In this document: in pieces, positions 38,901 through 51,449 of the stretch
How positions within the stretch are numbered: position 1 is the stretch's first letter
Layout of the letters: each line of letters starts with the position of its first letter
Source of the DNA: Haplodiscus bocki
Taxonomy: Eukaryota
Direction: 5' to 3'
NCBI GenBank assembly: GCA_965655095.1
Contig: OZ296650.1
Location: forward strand, 28,148,001 to 28,212,000
Length of the DNA stretch: 64,000 bases
The notes under the pieces: generated by a model
What the model saw: only the letters and a program-made list of their open reading frames with translations
The model's database searches: none
Told to the model about the DNA's origin: nothing
Position numbers and translations under genes: made by a program

Positions 38901-41900
38901 GTTCTGATCAGAATGATGGCGCCCTGTCTCTAGCAGTCGGTGCACAGCAGTTGGGATGCTAACAAGAGCTTTTTTCACTTGCTTCTTTTTCTGGTTCGTA
39001 CATTTCTAAAATCGCTTGTTTTTGTTGGTATTGATGTAACCGTCAAATCTCTAATGTTTCCGTAATTCAACTGGGAAATGTTTTTTCAGTCTGGGACGTG
39101 TTGTCAAGTGGAGCTTCATCACTGTGCTACACTTGCGGCGTGATTTTAGGGAGCAAAGCGAGTGTCTTTTTGTCGATTTCTGTTTTTCCGTCCGTTCCGA
39201 AATCGCTCGTTGCCGTTATTGTTGTTCTGAAATTTTGTTGATGCAATCTCGTTTTGCTGAAATTGTTTCTTTGCGTGGTGTCTTTTCCAGCGCGGATGTC
39301 GAGCAGAAACTTGTTTCTGCTATTGCAGTAGGGAATAAACAGAGAGTATGCAGCGTGTACCAAGTTCTGTTTTCAAGGATCACCAAAGTTCCTTTCGACA
39401 AATCCTAATTTCCTTTTGAAGGTCCATAATGCTTTTGCAGTCACCTTGCATTAAAGAACAGTGATTGATTTGCGTCCATCAAAACTAGATCCCATTATCC
39501 ACTTGCCGCAATGCGAGTCAGAGCTGGTCTATACTCGCTTTTTACTTCGAAATTCGTCAACTTTTATCTGGAAAAAGATTGGCCTGTATCAGATATTACT
39601 GATGTGAAAGCTTGACAAGTATGTGAGAAGTTCAAAATGTTTCTTTATTTGTCCGGAAGGTGTTTCGCGTGAATTAGTTGTCGGATTCTGTCCTTCTGGT
39701 CTCTTTTCGAATAATCAAGGTGGGATTGCGTCCATGCAGCGCATTGTACTAAACAATGCTATTTAGTTCTGCAGGAAAAAGTTATTGTGAATTTTGTACT
39801 TCTGTGTCGAAAAATCACTTGTATTCCGAAGATCGGCGAAGTTTTATCTTTCGTTTTCCACGAAAAGTGGCCCTCTTGAAGACTGGATCGATTGGCATGT
39901 ATACAGAAAGATGAGTTCTCTGTGAGATGTTTTGCGAGTAGCAAATTGAACATACTTCAAAAGCATGGTTTTTTGAGGCGCCGTGAAGTGTGTGGTATGA
40001 TGCCTTTCAAAGCTTTTGGACGAGACGTGTTTTAATTGAAAATGTACAGCTGTTCCTACTTGCGTTTGTCAATGAAAAGGTTTCTCTTGGAGACTGCCTG
40101 TCTCATTGAATCTATCCAGTACTAAATTGATTCCTCTTCAACTATAGTACCGTCGTCAGTAGAAGAGATTGTCGGTTGCGCACGTTTTTTTGAGACTATC
40201 GTAACTCCGAATGTTAAAATCGAAGGAGTTACTAATTGCGCCTTTCGTCATATGTGCTCTACTTATAAAATACCGTTCTGATCAGAATGATGGCGCCCTG
40301 TCTCTAGCAGTCGGTGCACAGCAGTTGGGATGCTAACAAGAGCTTTTTTCACTTGCTTCTTTTTCTGGTTCGTACATTTCTAAAATCGCTTGTTTTTGTT
40401 GGTATTGATGTAACCGTCAAATCTCTAATGTTTCCGTAATTCAACTGGGAAATGTTTTTTCAGTCTGGGACGTGTTGTCAAGTGGAGCTTCATCACTGTG
40501 CTACACTTGCGGCGTGATTTTAGGGAGCAAAGCGAGTGTCTTTTTGTCGATTTCTGTTTTTCCGTCCGTTCCGAAATCGCTCGTTGCCGTTATTGTTGTT
40601 CTGAAATTTTGTTGATGCAATCTCGCTTTGCTGAAATTGTTTCTTTGCGTGGTGTCTTTTCCAGCGCGGATGTCGAGCAGAAACTTGTTTCTGCTATTGC
40701 AGTAGGGAATAAACAGAGAGTATGCAGCGTGTACCAAGTTCTGTTTTCAAGGATCACCAAAGTTCCTTTCGACAAATCCTAATTTCCTTTTGAAGGTCCA
40801 TAATGCTTTTGCAGTCACCTTGCATTAAAGAACAGTGATTGGTTTGCGTCCATCAAAACTAGATCCCATTATCCACTTGCCGCAATGCGAGTCAGAGCTG
40901 GTCTATACTCGCTTTTTACTTCGAAATTCGTCAACTTTTATCTGGAAAAAGATTGGCCTGTATCGGATATTACTGATGTGAAAGCTTGACAAGTATGTGA
41001 GAAGTTCAAAATGTTTCTTTATTTGTCCGGAAGGTGTTTCGCGTGAATTAGTTGTCGGATTCTGTCCTTCTGGTCTCTTTTCGAATTATCAAGGTGGGAT
41101 TGCGTCCATGCAGCGCATTGTACTAAACAATGCTATTTAGTTCTGCAGGAAAAAGTTATTGTGAATTTTGTACTTCTGTGTCGAAAAATCACTTGTATTC
41201 CGAAGATCGGCGAAGTTTTATCTTTCGTTTTCCACGAAAAGTGGCCCTCTTGAAGACTGGATCGATTGGCATGTATACAGAAAGATGAGTTCTCTGTGAG
41301 ATGTTTTGCGAGTAGCAAATTGAACATACTTCAAAAGCATGGTTTTTTGAGGCGCCGTGAAGTGTGTGGTATGATGCCTTTCAAAGCTTTTGGACGAGAC
41401 GTGTTTTAATTGAAAATGTACAGCTGTTCCTACTTGCGTTTGTCAATGAAAAGGTTTCTCTTGGAGACTGCCTGTCTCATTGAATCTATCCAGTACTAAA
41501 TTGATTCCTCTTCAACTATAGTACCGTCGTCAGTAGAAGAGATTGTCGGTTGCGCACGTTTTTTTGAGACTATCGTAACTCCGAATGTTAAAATCGAAGG
41601 AGTTACTAATTGCGCCTTTCGTCATATGTGCTCTACTTATAAAATACCGTTCTGATCAGAATGATGGCGCCCTGTCTCTAGCAGTCGGTGCACAGCAGTT
41701 GGGATGCTAACAAGAGCTTTTTTCACTTGCTTCTTTTTCTGGTTCGTACATTTCTAAAATCGCTTGTTTTTGTTGGTATTGATGTAACCGTCAAATCTCT
41801 AATGTTTCCGTAATTCAACTGGGAAATGTTTTTTCAGTCTGGGACGTGTTGTCAAGTGGAGCTTCATCACTGTGCTACACTTGCGGCGTGATTTTAGGGA

Positions 41901-43515
41901 GCAAAGCGAGTGTCTTTTTGTCGATTTCTGTTTTTCCGTCCGTTCCGAAATCGCTCGTTGCCGTTATTGTTGTTCTGAAATTTTGTTGATGCAATCTCGC
42001 TTTGCTGAAATTGTTTCTTTGCGTGGTGTCTTTTCCAGCGCGGATGTCGAGCAGAAACTTGTTTCTGCTATTGCAGTAGGGAATAAACAGAGAGTATGCA
42101 GCGTGTACCAAGTTCTGTTTTCAAGGATCACCAAAGTTCCTTTCGACAAATCCTAATTTCCTTTTGAAGGTCCATAATGCTTTTGCAGTCACCTTGCATT
42201 AAAGAACAGTGATTGGTTTGCGTCCATCAAAACTAGATCCCATTATCCACTTGCCGCAATGCGAGTCAGAGCTGGTCTATACTCGCTTTTTACTTCGAAA
42301 TTCGTCAACTTTTATCTGGAAAAAGATTGGCCTGTATCGGATATTACTGATGTGAAAGCTTGACAAGTATGTGAGAAGTTCAAAATGTTTCTTTATTTGT
42401 CCGGAAGGTGTTTCGCGTGAATTAGTTGTCGGATTCTGTCCTTCTGGTCTCTTTTCGAATAATCAAGGTGGGATTGCGTCCATGCAGCGCATTGTACTAA
42501 ACAATGCTATTTAGTTCTGCAGGAAAAAGTTATTGTGAATTTTGTACTTCTGTGTCGAAAAATCACTTGTATTCCGAAGATCGGCGAAGTTTTATCTTTC
42601 GTTTTCCACGAAAAGTGGCCCTCTTGAAGACTGGATCGATTGGCATGTATACAGAAAGATGAGTTCTCTGTGAGATGTTTTGCGAGTAGCAAATTGAACA
42701 TACTTCAAAAGCATGGTTTTTTGAGGCGCCGTGAAGTGTGTGGTATGATGCCTTTCAAAGCTTTTGGACGAGACGTGTTTTAATTGAAAATGTACAGCTG
42801 TTCCTACTTGCGTTTGTCAATGAAAAGGTTTCTCTTGGAGACTGCCTGTCTCATTGAATCTATCCAGTACTAAATTGATTCCTCTTCAACTATAGTACCG
42901 TCGTCAGTAGAAGAGATTGTCGGTTGCGCACGTTTTTTTGAGACTATCGTAACTCCGAATGTTAAAATCGAAGGAGTTACTAATTGCGCCTTTCGTCATA
43001 TGTGCTCTACTTATAAAATACCGTTCTGATCAGAATGATGGCGCCCTGTCTCTAGCAGTCGGTGCACAGCAGTTGGGATGCTAACAAGAGCTTTTTTCAC
43101 TTGCTTCTTTTTCTGGTTCGTACATTTCTAAAATCGCTTGTTTTTGTTGGTATTGATGTAACCGTCAAATCTCTAATGTTTCCGTAATTCAACTGGGAAA
43201 TGTTTTTTCAGTCTGGGACGTGTTGTCAAGTGGAGCTTCATCACTGTGCTACACTTGCGGCGTGATTTTAGGGAGCAAAGCGAGTGTCTTTTTGTCGATT
43301 TCTGTTTTTCCGTCCGTTCCGAAATCGCTCGTTGCCGTTATTGTTGTTCTGAAATTTTGTTGATGCAATCTCGCTTTGCTGAAATTGTTTCTTTGCGTGG
43401 TGTCTTTTCGAGCGCGGATGTCGAGCAGAAACTTGTTTCTGCTATTGCAGTAGTGAATAAACAGAGAGTATGCAACGTGTTCTAAGTTCTGTTTTGAAGG
43501 ATCACCAAAGTTTCC
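35991..43515. repeat. 1374-bp tandem macrosatellite, 5 full copies plus a partial sixth
   Basis: Unit start tatccagtactaaattg at 35991, 37365, 38739, 40113, 41487, 42861; the ORF track repeats with period 1374; only isolated SNVs. Confidence 0.99.
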
Positions 43516-43830
43516 TATTGATTTTTTTTCGCAAATTGAACGATCGGATTGCATTATTTGATAGCTAATTCTAATACTCCTTACCTAAAATTTCTACGTA
43601 GCAGTGGCAACGGTTTGTTTTGTGATTTCATCGCTAATGAACCTGAGAGTGTTTCTTTAGATGTCTTCTGTACCTTCTCCTAGAGAAATCCTAATTTCCT
43701 TTTGAAAGTCCATAATGCTTTTGCAGTCACCTTTCATTAAGGAACAGTGATTGGATTTCGTCCATGAGGGCCAGATCCAAGTATCCACTCACAGCAGTTT
43801 GAGCAAAGAGGTAGAGGTGGTCTATACTCT
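43490..43830 (-). pseudogene. Tc1/mariner-like transposase DDE remnant (undeleted relative of the array unit)
   Basis: GR.PITV...VTAK, LRFISDEITKQTVATAT.KF..RSI, QSD....SIGNF(W).IL loosely follow Tc1 G...L..L.G.V.A, FQQDNA..H.A, SPDLNPIENLW. Confidence 0.45.
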
Positions 43831-44795
43831 TTTTTATTTCGTAAATCTGTGATTCAGTTGATCAAATGTTCGGTTGACCTTTTTTAAATGCGATTTGAAT
43901 ATTTCCGACTATTAAAGCAATCGCATTTTTCAAGAATATCGAAGTCGACGAAATTCAAACTTTTAATTTTACTTGAGCGTTTCGTACATTTAAATACGTA
44001 CTTACAGAGTCGTCACGTAGTAATTTTCGAATTTTTTGATTTTTCGAAACCGCTGGTTCGTAAACTCTCGATATCCTTTTTGTAAAAATTCAATTTTTCA
44101 TTTCGAATCATAGGTACGGAATTTTTAGTGGGCGTTTTTTAGAAGAAAAAGTGTGCGACTATTTCAGTGACTTTTTTGTGCGAAAATTTTCTGACTTCGA
44201 ACCGAACCACTTTTCGGTAGAAATTTTATTTCGTTGAATTATTGGTCCAACCTGACATCCCAAATCTGCGCGGACTCGAAATCTTTCTGAAGCATCCGGA
44301 AGTTTTTGTGATGCCCCCTTATCACATTTCCTGAAAACACATCAAAAGCGCCTGAATTATCTGTAGATTATCCGCGATTCGAATTTCCGCCACTTTTGCG
44401 TGTATGCTTTTTTGGAGGTAGTAATTAGCCACCAAAATTTATCATACGCATTCCTGAACAAAATGATTACACATCTGATGTTTCATTGTTGAAAATAGTT
44501 TAATCAAATTCAGGCTCACTCTCAAAAATACTGCGAGAATTCTGGTGGAAAAATGAACTACTAAACTTCGGTTTGTTATACAGACTTTTCTTGAAAAGGC
44601 CAAAACTTTTGAATACATTGAGCGCCCACCGTACGAGTATTTTGAGGCCTAGGGGGTGCCTACACTCGTCATTCTTGGCTTCTCTCAGATAACCTTTTGC
44701 ACCTACCTAAAATTTTTCGACCCTTGAAAACTGAACTTTTTTTATAAACCCCGCTTTACATACGCAAATTTGTCGAAAACGCAGCTACCTGAATT

Positions 44796-45053
44796 NNNNN
44801 NNNNNNNNNNNNNNNNNNNNNNNNNNNNNNNNNNNNNNNNNNNNNNNNNNNNNNNNNNNNNNNNNNNNNNNNNNNNNNNNNNNNNNNNNNNNNNNNNNNN
44901 NNNNNNNNNNNNNNNNNNNNNNNNNNNNNNNNNNNNNNNNNNNNNNNNNNNNNNNNNNNNNNNNNNNNNNNNNNNNNNNNNNNNNNNNNNNNNNNNNNNN
45001 NNNNNNNNNNNNNNNNNNNNNNNNNNNNNNNNNNNNNNNNNNNNNNNNNNNNN
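44796..45053. other. assembly gap
   Basis: Run of N. Confidence 1.
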
Positions 45054-45141
45054 ATCTACTTGCAAATACCCATCAATCTACCGAAACTTTTTTGCGTCGG
45101 TTCGATGGACCGCGTTCCGTCTCAGAGTCTGGCTGCTTTAG

Positions 45142-45317
45142 GCGGTTCCTGGAGCAGTCAGTGGTGTGCCTGAGGAAAATCGTCTGGAGAGAAGAGTGAG
45201 GATTTACCAGCCAGCCAAAATGGCCACGCAGTCTGGAGACTTCGCAACAGGTACTTGGTTGATCGAATACGAAAACAGACAACGATGGGAAAACTCTCTG
45301 ATGGGATGGGGCTCTAC
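45142..45317 (+). CDS. NDUFS4: internal exon of NADH dehydrogenase [ubiquinone] Fe-S protein 4 (complex I 18-kDa subunit)
   Basis: Translation AVPGAVSGVPEENRLERRVRIYQPAKMATQSGDFATGTWLIEYENRQRWENSLMGWGST carries the GVPEE/QSG/RWENPLMGW signature; acceptor ctttag at 45141 (phase 0), donor GTTAGT at 45318 (phase 2). Confidence 0.95.
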
Positions 45318-48079
45318 GTTAGTTTACACTTACCCTTACTTGGGGTTTCCTAATAAGGGGAATTTTTAAACTGAGCTGGCGTTCCAAAAGTGTTTCGTTT
45401 GAATTTAAATGGAGATGCAAATGAAGAAGTGGTCATACGAAAGATTTTTCTCATACGAGCTTGTTAAAATTCCAAGAATGTTAAATCGTGATATATATCA
45501 TTCACTTCTTTGAACAAAAACGCAAAATTGATATCATAAAATAATTCCTTGTGACGACGAAAAGTTTGAAAGTTTTGTTGGTTTTGCTTACACTCTTTTG
45601 ATTTAAATTTTATGAAAAGTTGGTGTCGTAGTTTTCGGTGGCACAGTCATTTATACGTTCTTACTTTCTAGCAAGACGGAGTGGCTCAAGTCAGTGCCTC
45701 CCGTAAAAATCAATATTCTTGAATTGAGAGCCTTTGATGTTTTGAAAAGTTTACAAGAAAATTCAGCAGCTAATTGGTTGTCGCTTTGTCGAAAATTTTT
45801 TTAGGAAGCGGTACGTATCAACAACGTCGCAAAGAGCGTTTGTTTTTCAAAACTTTTCAATTTTTGGTATAACTAATACGGGTTATCACAATCTTTATCG
45901 ATAATTTTTTTTGTCCCAGTGCGGAAAAAGTTCGTTGTGGCGGAGGGGGTTTTGGGTGTTTTGAAAAGTACTGCTTGGTGGCACCACATGGTATTTTGCT
46001 GTAACCCCTCTTCCATGTGCGCAAAATATCGATTCCTAACTTTGGTCAAGAACTCCCTGAAAACGCTACGCACTGTAATTTAATCATCGGGCACTTTGTC
46101 TTACTTAGAAGGAGGTTTTCAACTACTCTTGGTGATAGGCAATTTTGATCCGGCACTTCAGTAGTGGTGTTTAAAACGAACGCATCAAGGAACTCAGAAT
46201 AGACGTGATTTCAGAAATCTCATTCGCTAATTGAAATAAATGCGCAAATACTTTTGGCCCACTCGCGACAATTTTAGTTGATTTTGCACTTTTACCTTAT
46301 TTTGAAAGTGTTATAAAATTCTTTTCGCTAAACTTTGCCGCACAAAGAGATCTCCTTAATCCATTGATACCTATTGATGTCGAAGTCGTTTAGTTTATTT
46401 ATAAAAAGGGAGTTTTGAATTTGCAAATTTCTAAATTCTATATAAATAATGTAAAGTCAGAAATTGTACTTTTGGGAGCTTCATATTTTTCCATGTTAAA
46501 ACCTATCAGTGATTTCTGGATGTTCAGGGGAAATTTTTGAAAATAAACTTAAGTAGTCCAATGAATCCTGTTGAAACTCATAAGAAGCTAATACAGGAGC
46601 CTTTATCATTTATTTGGTCTTAGAGGTAATTCATATGTTAGATGAAGTTGTTGACGGCATTTTATATATTCTCTTTTACCAAACAATGGGTATCTCCTTC
46701 CGTCTACTAAAGCGTACTACATTTGTTTGCACTTTCTTTGGTACGAGATATATATTCTCGATCTGATTAAAGAAAATGGTAATGCTATGAAAACCATTCC
46801 TCAAAATTTACAATGACGAACTTGCTTTACATTCTGTTGCCTCGTCGATAATCCAAGCGAAGAATTTTGGTTATTGACTAAATTTGCTTTTAATAATGTA
46901 AGCATGGAAGATGTGAACGTGTCGATTCTATTAACATATTTTTTGAAATTTTTGAAATAATTACTACTGAAAATGTGTTTTTGAAATTGATATCAGTTCA
47001 AATTGTCGAAAAAAATTTCTGCTATGATAATGAAGGAAGAACTCAATTTTGAAGATTTTGAGTTTGGTTTGTCAAGAAAAATGAAGAAAGGGGAGCTTGT
47101 ATAAATGTCATTACAAAAAATTCCTCAACTTATTGATTTATTATTTTGTAAGAAAAGATGTTTACATCATGAAACTTCTAAAAGTAATGATATCACTATT
47201 TTTGCTGAAAAGGAAAGAGAAGAAATGGTTCTTTTGAAGATTGGTTTGTTATGTATATGTAATTTATTATATGTAAATCCATTTTCTTCATTTTTTTCAG
47301 TTCTCGATCTATGAAAGCATCTACGTCCTTCGATACTGTTTCCTATTTTGTAGTTAAATCCACTGTTGATGTTGACTGCTTCTTTTATTTTTTTCACTTT
47401 TATTTTTGGTGAAAAGTTTTTCATATCCAAATCGGACATCGTTCTGTCAAGTGAAGGTTGATTTTTACCTTTCTCCGGTTATATATCTTTCTGTTTTAGT
47501 TAAGGCTATGTTTTTCTGATTCATAGAGTTGGCGAAATACATCCACTTTATCAGCATTAATAGAGTTAATAACTAATTTTTTAAACTGTCAATAGTTTTG
47601 TTTACAGAATTCATTCTCAGTTATAATGCAGGAATGTGAATGAGCGAAGTGTTATTGTCATTAGTCAAAGCTTTTTCAAATGTTGGGGAAGAAACAAGGG
47701 ATAGTTTCGAAAATTTTTATAAAAATGCTGCAATAAACCATGCTGGTATTCGAAGATCCTTAGCTGCGGAAGTTAAAATTAAATGTAATACTCCCATTTT
47801 AATGGGTGATGTAAAAAATTATTTGTCTATCAAGAACAATCACCTCACTGGAAACAAGTGCGGATTTTAAAATTTGCTCTGAAAAGTCCGTGAAATCATA
47901 TGTTAAAAAAAGTTGAACTCAAGCGACCCTGACAACGTTTTTATCGACAATAATTTATCGAGAAATGAAATTAAAAATAGCACGTAACAAAAGTGTAACT
48001 TCCCAGCAATGCACCTACTTTTTTTAAAATAATCGTCTAACTTCATGTATTTTTGTTTCTTTCCTCATTTTATTTAAAG

Positions 48080-49035
48080 TAAATGGCTATGCTCAAATTA
48101 AGTCTCTTTAGAAGTTTTTTACAAAGGATATGGGCTGAAGGTGCAACAATAATCTCATGAAAAGTTGCACATACCAAGAAAAACCGGGTGAATATGTATG
48201 TGAACTTCGTCATAAACTTTTTTTGAAGATAATGAGGCTGTAAAAGTACTTGTTTCTTCCAAAATTATCAATTTTTCGGAATAGATTAATTGACGAAATT
48301 GATGAAAAGATTAAAGCAGTAACTATTTCCATAAAAGTAGGATATCTTGAAAAAAATTACATGAACAATTAAATGAAAATAATGGAAGATGATTTAGTAC
48401 ATTGAGTTATAGAATCTATATAACAATTGTTTTTTAATACAGAAATGTTTGACAGTTTTCTAAACGAAGATCAAGTCTTACAACCGTTTTTGAAATTTGA
48501 TGCTGGCTATCTTCCAAAGAAGTATGGTGATGGAATTAATATTACAGAAGATTGGAAGAGAGGATTTTATTCATCTGATTCTCTTTTGCTTCATTGAGCA
48601 GAAAAAAAATTATACCAGGTTTATACGGCATGCGTGGAGCAAGAGATAAATTAAATATAGATGTTATAAATTGTAAAGAACGAAATTAAGAGATTAAGAG
48701 GTTTTCGGAAAATTGGGTGGGTGAAAAAATATATCCTTCTTTCAAATTGTCTCAAATTTTAAAAGAAATAATGAGTAAAAAGATAAGAGTAGTCACTTTT
48801 TTGAGCAGTCAATGAACACTATCAACTATCAATCTAATCTATAAAAGTATGGAGAATTTGGAACTTATTCTAACAAAAATTTTTTGAAATAAAACTTTCT
48901 AATGAAGCTTTTGAAAACAACAGAAATTATGATGGGACCTACAAGTACATCTAAACGAAAGTTTTAATGACTATGAATGAGAAAATCGAAAACTCTTTCA
49001 GGTTCAATCTCCCATGAATAATAATTTTCAGATCT
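48080..49035 (+). pseudogene. putative minor capsid protein of Polinton 2
   Basis: IPG.Y block (~48612), position directly upstream of the MCP; heavily decayed. Confidence 0.4.
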
Positions 49036-49044
49036 AATAAATCA

Positions 49045-50050
49045 ATGTTCGAGTTAAAATGTAGCAGAGATTTATCCAGAGATTCTAACAAGTCAGACTT
49101 TGTTGTATTTTCATCAAATCGTTTAGCAGCAGTCGATAATGATACCGGTTGTATACAAATTAATATTCCACGCGAAAATGCTCATGTTTTCGTGCAATTT
49201 ATTTCTTTTCCTAGAGTTTTAAGTAACGTAATGCTAATGCTAATACTCACTGTGCTGATATTGGTAATATGATAAGAACTAAATCTCGGACCACTAGCTC
49301 TTTTAGTTGAAGGGGGGAACTACAAGTTCAAACAAACATCTTGACAAAGTTGAAAATCCTCATAGTGTTAGTTTAGTGCACAAACTGCTGACATCTTCAG
49401 CAGGCGCAACTGATTAACTCTATGGATTCGACTCTATTATTGAAGGAAGAAAACTAACATCTTGTAATTAACTTGGGGCAATAAGGGGTTTTAATAGAAT
49501 AGGATTTATAGTTATCCTTGGATTCACTGAACAAAATAAAATAAAACATGAATTCATGGAAAATCTCACTTTGAAACGTAACAGCAATAATGATGCTTTT
49601 TCAAGAGAGGCAGCTAGAAATGGGGCCGAAATTCTTGTTGAAGATATATCATGTTGTGTTGAGCATTTGAACCCTAGTCTTGAACATCAACAACTAGTTG
49701 CGGACGAGCTACTATCGAAAAACCCTATAGAATCAATTTGTGGTGAATGGTCAAGTTCTAGAAAAAACTATTCATGATGGTACATGGATTTTTGAATTGA
49801 TGATAAAGTCGAGAATTTTTACAATGTTGGGCTATTGTAGGATTTATGAATGAAAGTAAATCTGATTCTCAATAACATGATAATTCAGTTTTTCGTTTGT
49901 TACCAGTGAGTAGTGCAGTTGGTAGATTTGGATCTGAACGTAATGCTCATAGTTTTATGATACTCGATTATCCTAGGAATAATTTTCATGAATTTTAAAA
50001 TGGAATAGTTTCCTGTAATAACTACACTGAACATAATGTAATCAAAACCT
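49045..50050 (+). pseudogene. major capsid protein of Polinton 2
   Basis: KSDFV.FS....IQINIPRENA, LNLGPLALF, HKLLTSS, LTLKRNSNND, HLNPSLEHQ..LSKNP in MCP order. Confidence 0.7.
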
Positions 50051-50449
50051 TCATAGACACACAATCCTTTAAGAAAGTAATTGTTTATGTATCTGTTATG
50101 AGAAAGCAAAATGATCATATATGTGCGAAACCAATCATTATGGATTTTCGAATCTCTGCGGAAGCGTCAATGTTACAAGTTTTGCAGCGTTTGCAATAAA
50201 ACTTAGTAATAAATCATTTAGTATTAACTCTGATGAAAGGCGCATGTTTAGTTTGATAAAGTTACTTCTGAATAGTTCTCATCCAAATAATTCTTTAAAT
50301 AAACTGTCATTTGAAAGTTTTCTTTGGTGATTTTCAAGAACTGGATTTAAGTAAACTTCATTCCCTCTGCATGAGTCTTGTGAGTGATGAATGTGTACTT
50401 TGTTTCCAAATTCATTAGCTAGATCTCTTTTAGATTGTAACTTATGATC

Positions 50450-50950
50450 TGGAGTTTTTTGATCTTATGCTAATTTTGTTCGACTACCATGTACCTTTTT
50501 GAGCCTGATTATGCAGAGTGATTGTATTAGTTCTATCAGTTATAATAGAAACAATATTATAAAACTATAAATTATTAACTCCCATCAATCATTTTTTCCT
50601 TCGAAACAGGTCCTGAACGGTCTGTAGTAATAAGTTTGTTTGGTCCTAAGTCTGTTTGGTCTTAGTCATTCTAAATTCTTATGTTTCGTGTGGCTGCGTA
50701 TGTGCTGCATTCTTTTCAACCTTACTGAACATCTTCGCTATGTCGAGAAGGAGAGTTTCTGTTTATTTAGATGGGGTAAATTGCGAGAGATCCATTTTTT
50801 TGTGCAGAACTATTTAGTTCTCTAAAATCAGCAGAGATAACTTAACGAAAATATGTTGAGAATTTTCTCAACAATGTACTTACTGTCATTGTTTACTTGT
50901 TTTATTTCGAGTCGATTTCCCTTGGAGTTCCATATTTTGTAACATGTTTT
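50450..50950 (-). pseudogene. possible packaging ATPase of Polinton 2
   Basis: Weak G..GK and RH.NL/QTYY-like remnants and expected position only. Confidence 0.3.
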
Positions 50951-50999
50951 AATCATAAGTTTCAGCTTTTATGTCATTTACTACAGTGAAATTGTGGCT

Positions 51000-51418
51000 C
51001 TTTGCAGAAACGTTTCATTTTTCGAAGCTGTTAAAATAATATGTATTTAGTAACCTTTTTTATGATCCATACCATGATGAATTCGTACGAAGGCGACTGA
51101 ACTGTGCGACTCTCTGATTCGTGCCCGTATCCCATATTCAAAATAGTTACAATTTCTATTGATATTTGTCATGGACGTGGTTATATTACGTGGTAGTGGA
51201 CTCCCATACAAATCATATTGATTTTGATTTGAATAAACAACCCAAGAAGCTCCTTTGGTTGAATGTAGATTTACGACTTCACATGTGGTTGTGAATTTAT
51301 GGCCCCTCATATACACTACTGTATCTGATCCTATTTCTGCGAGAACTGTGTGTTTCTTAATGATAGATCTTGCTTCATATTTTAGGTTGAATGAAGATTT
51401 TTTTAGGTTCCACTTCAT
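51000..51418 (-). pseudogene. cysteine protease of Polinton 2
   Basis: VYMRG..F....VVNLHSTKGASWVVY.NQN.YDLYGSP.P resembles the IVNLHP..GTHWV...YFDSYG motif. Confidence 0.8.
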
Positions 51419-51449
51419 TTATTTAAAAATGACCCCCCTAGGTATGCTC

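Noticed and set aside
36376-43554. Repeated 61-101 aa ORFs as a tandem gene family
   Set aside because: Short overlapping ORFs on both strands with no motifs; by-products of the 1374-bp repeat.
45054-45141. In-frame transit-peptide-like stretch upstream of the NDUFS4 exon, suggesting TAG readthrough
   Set aside because: The TAG is more simply the phase-0 splice acceptor at a position matching the conserved intron.
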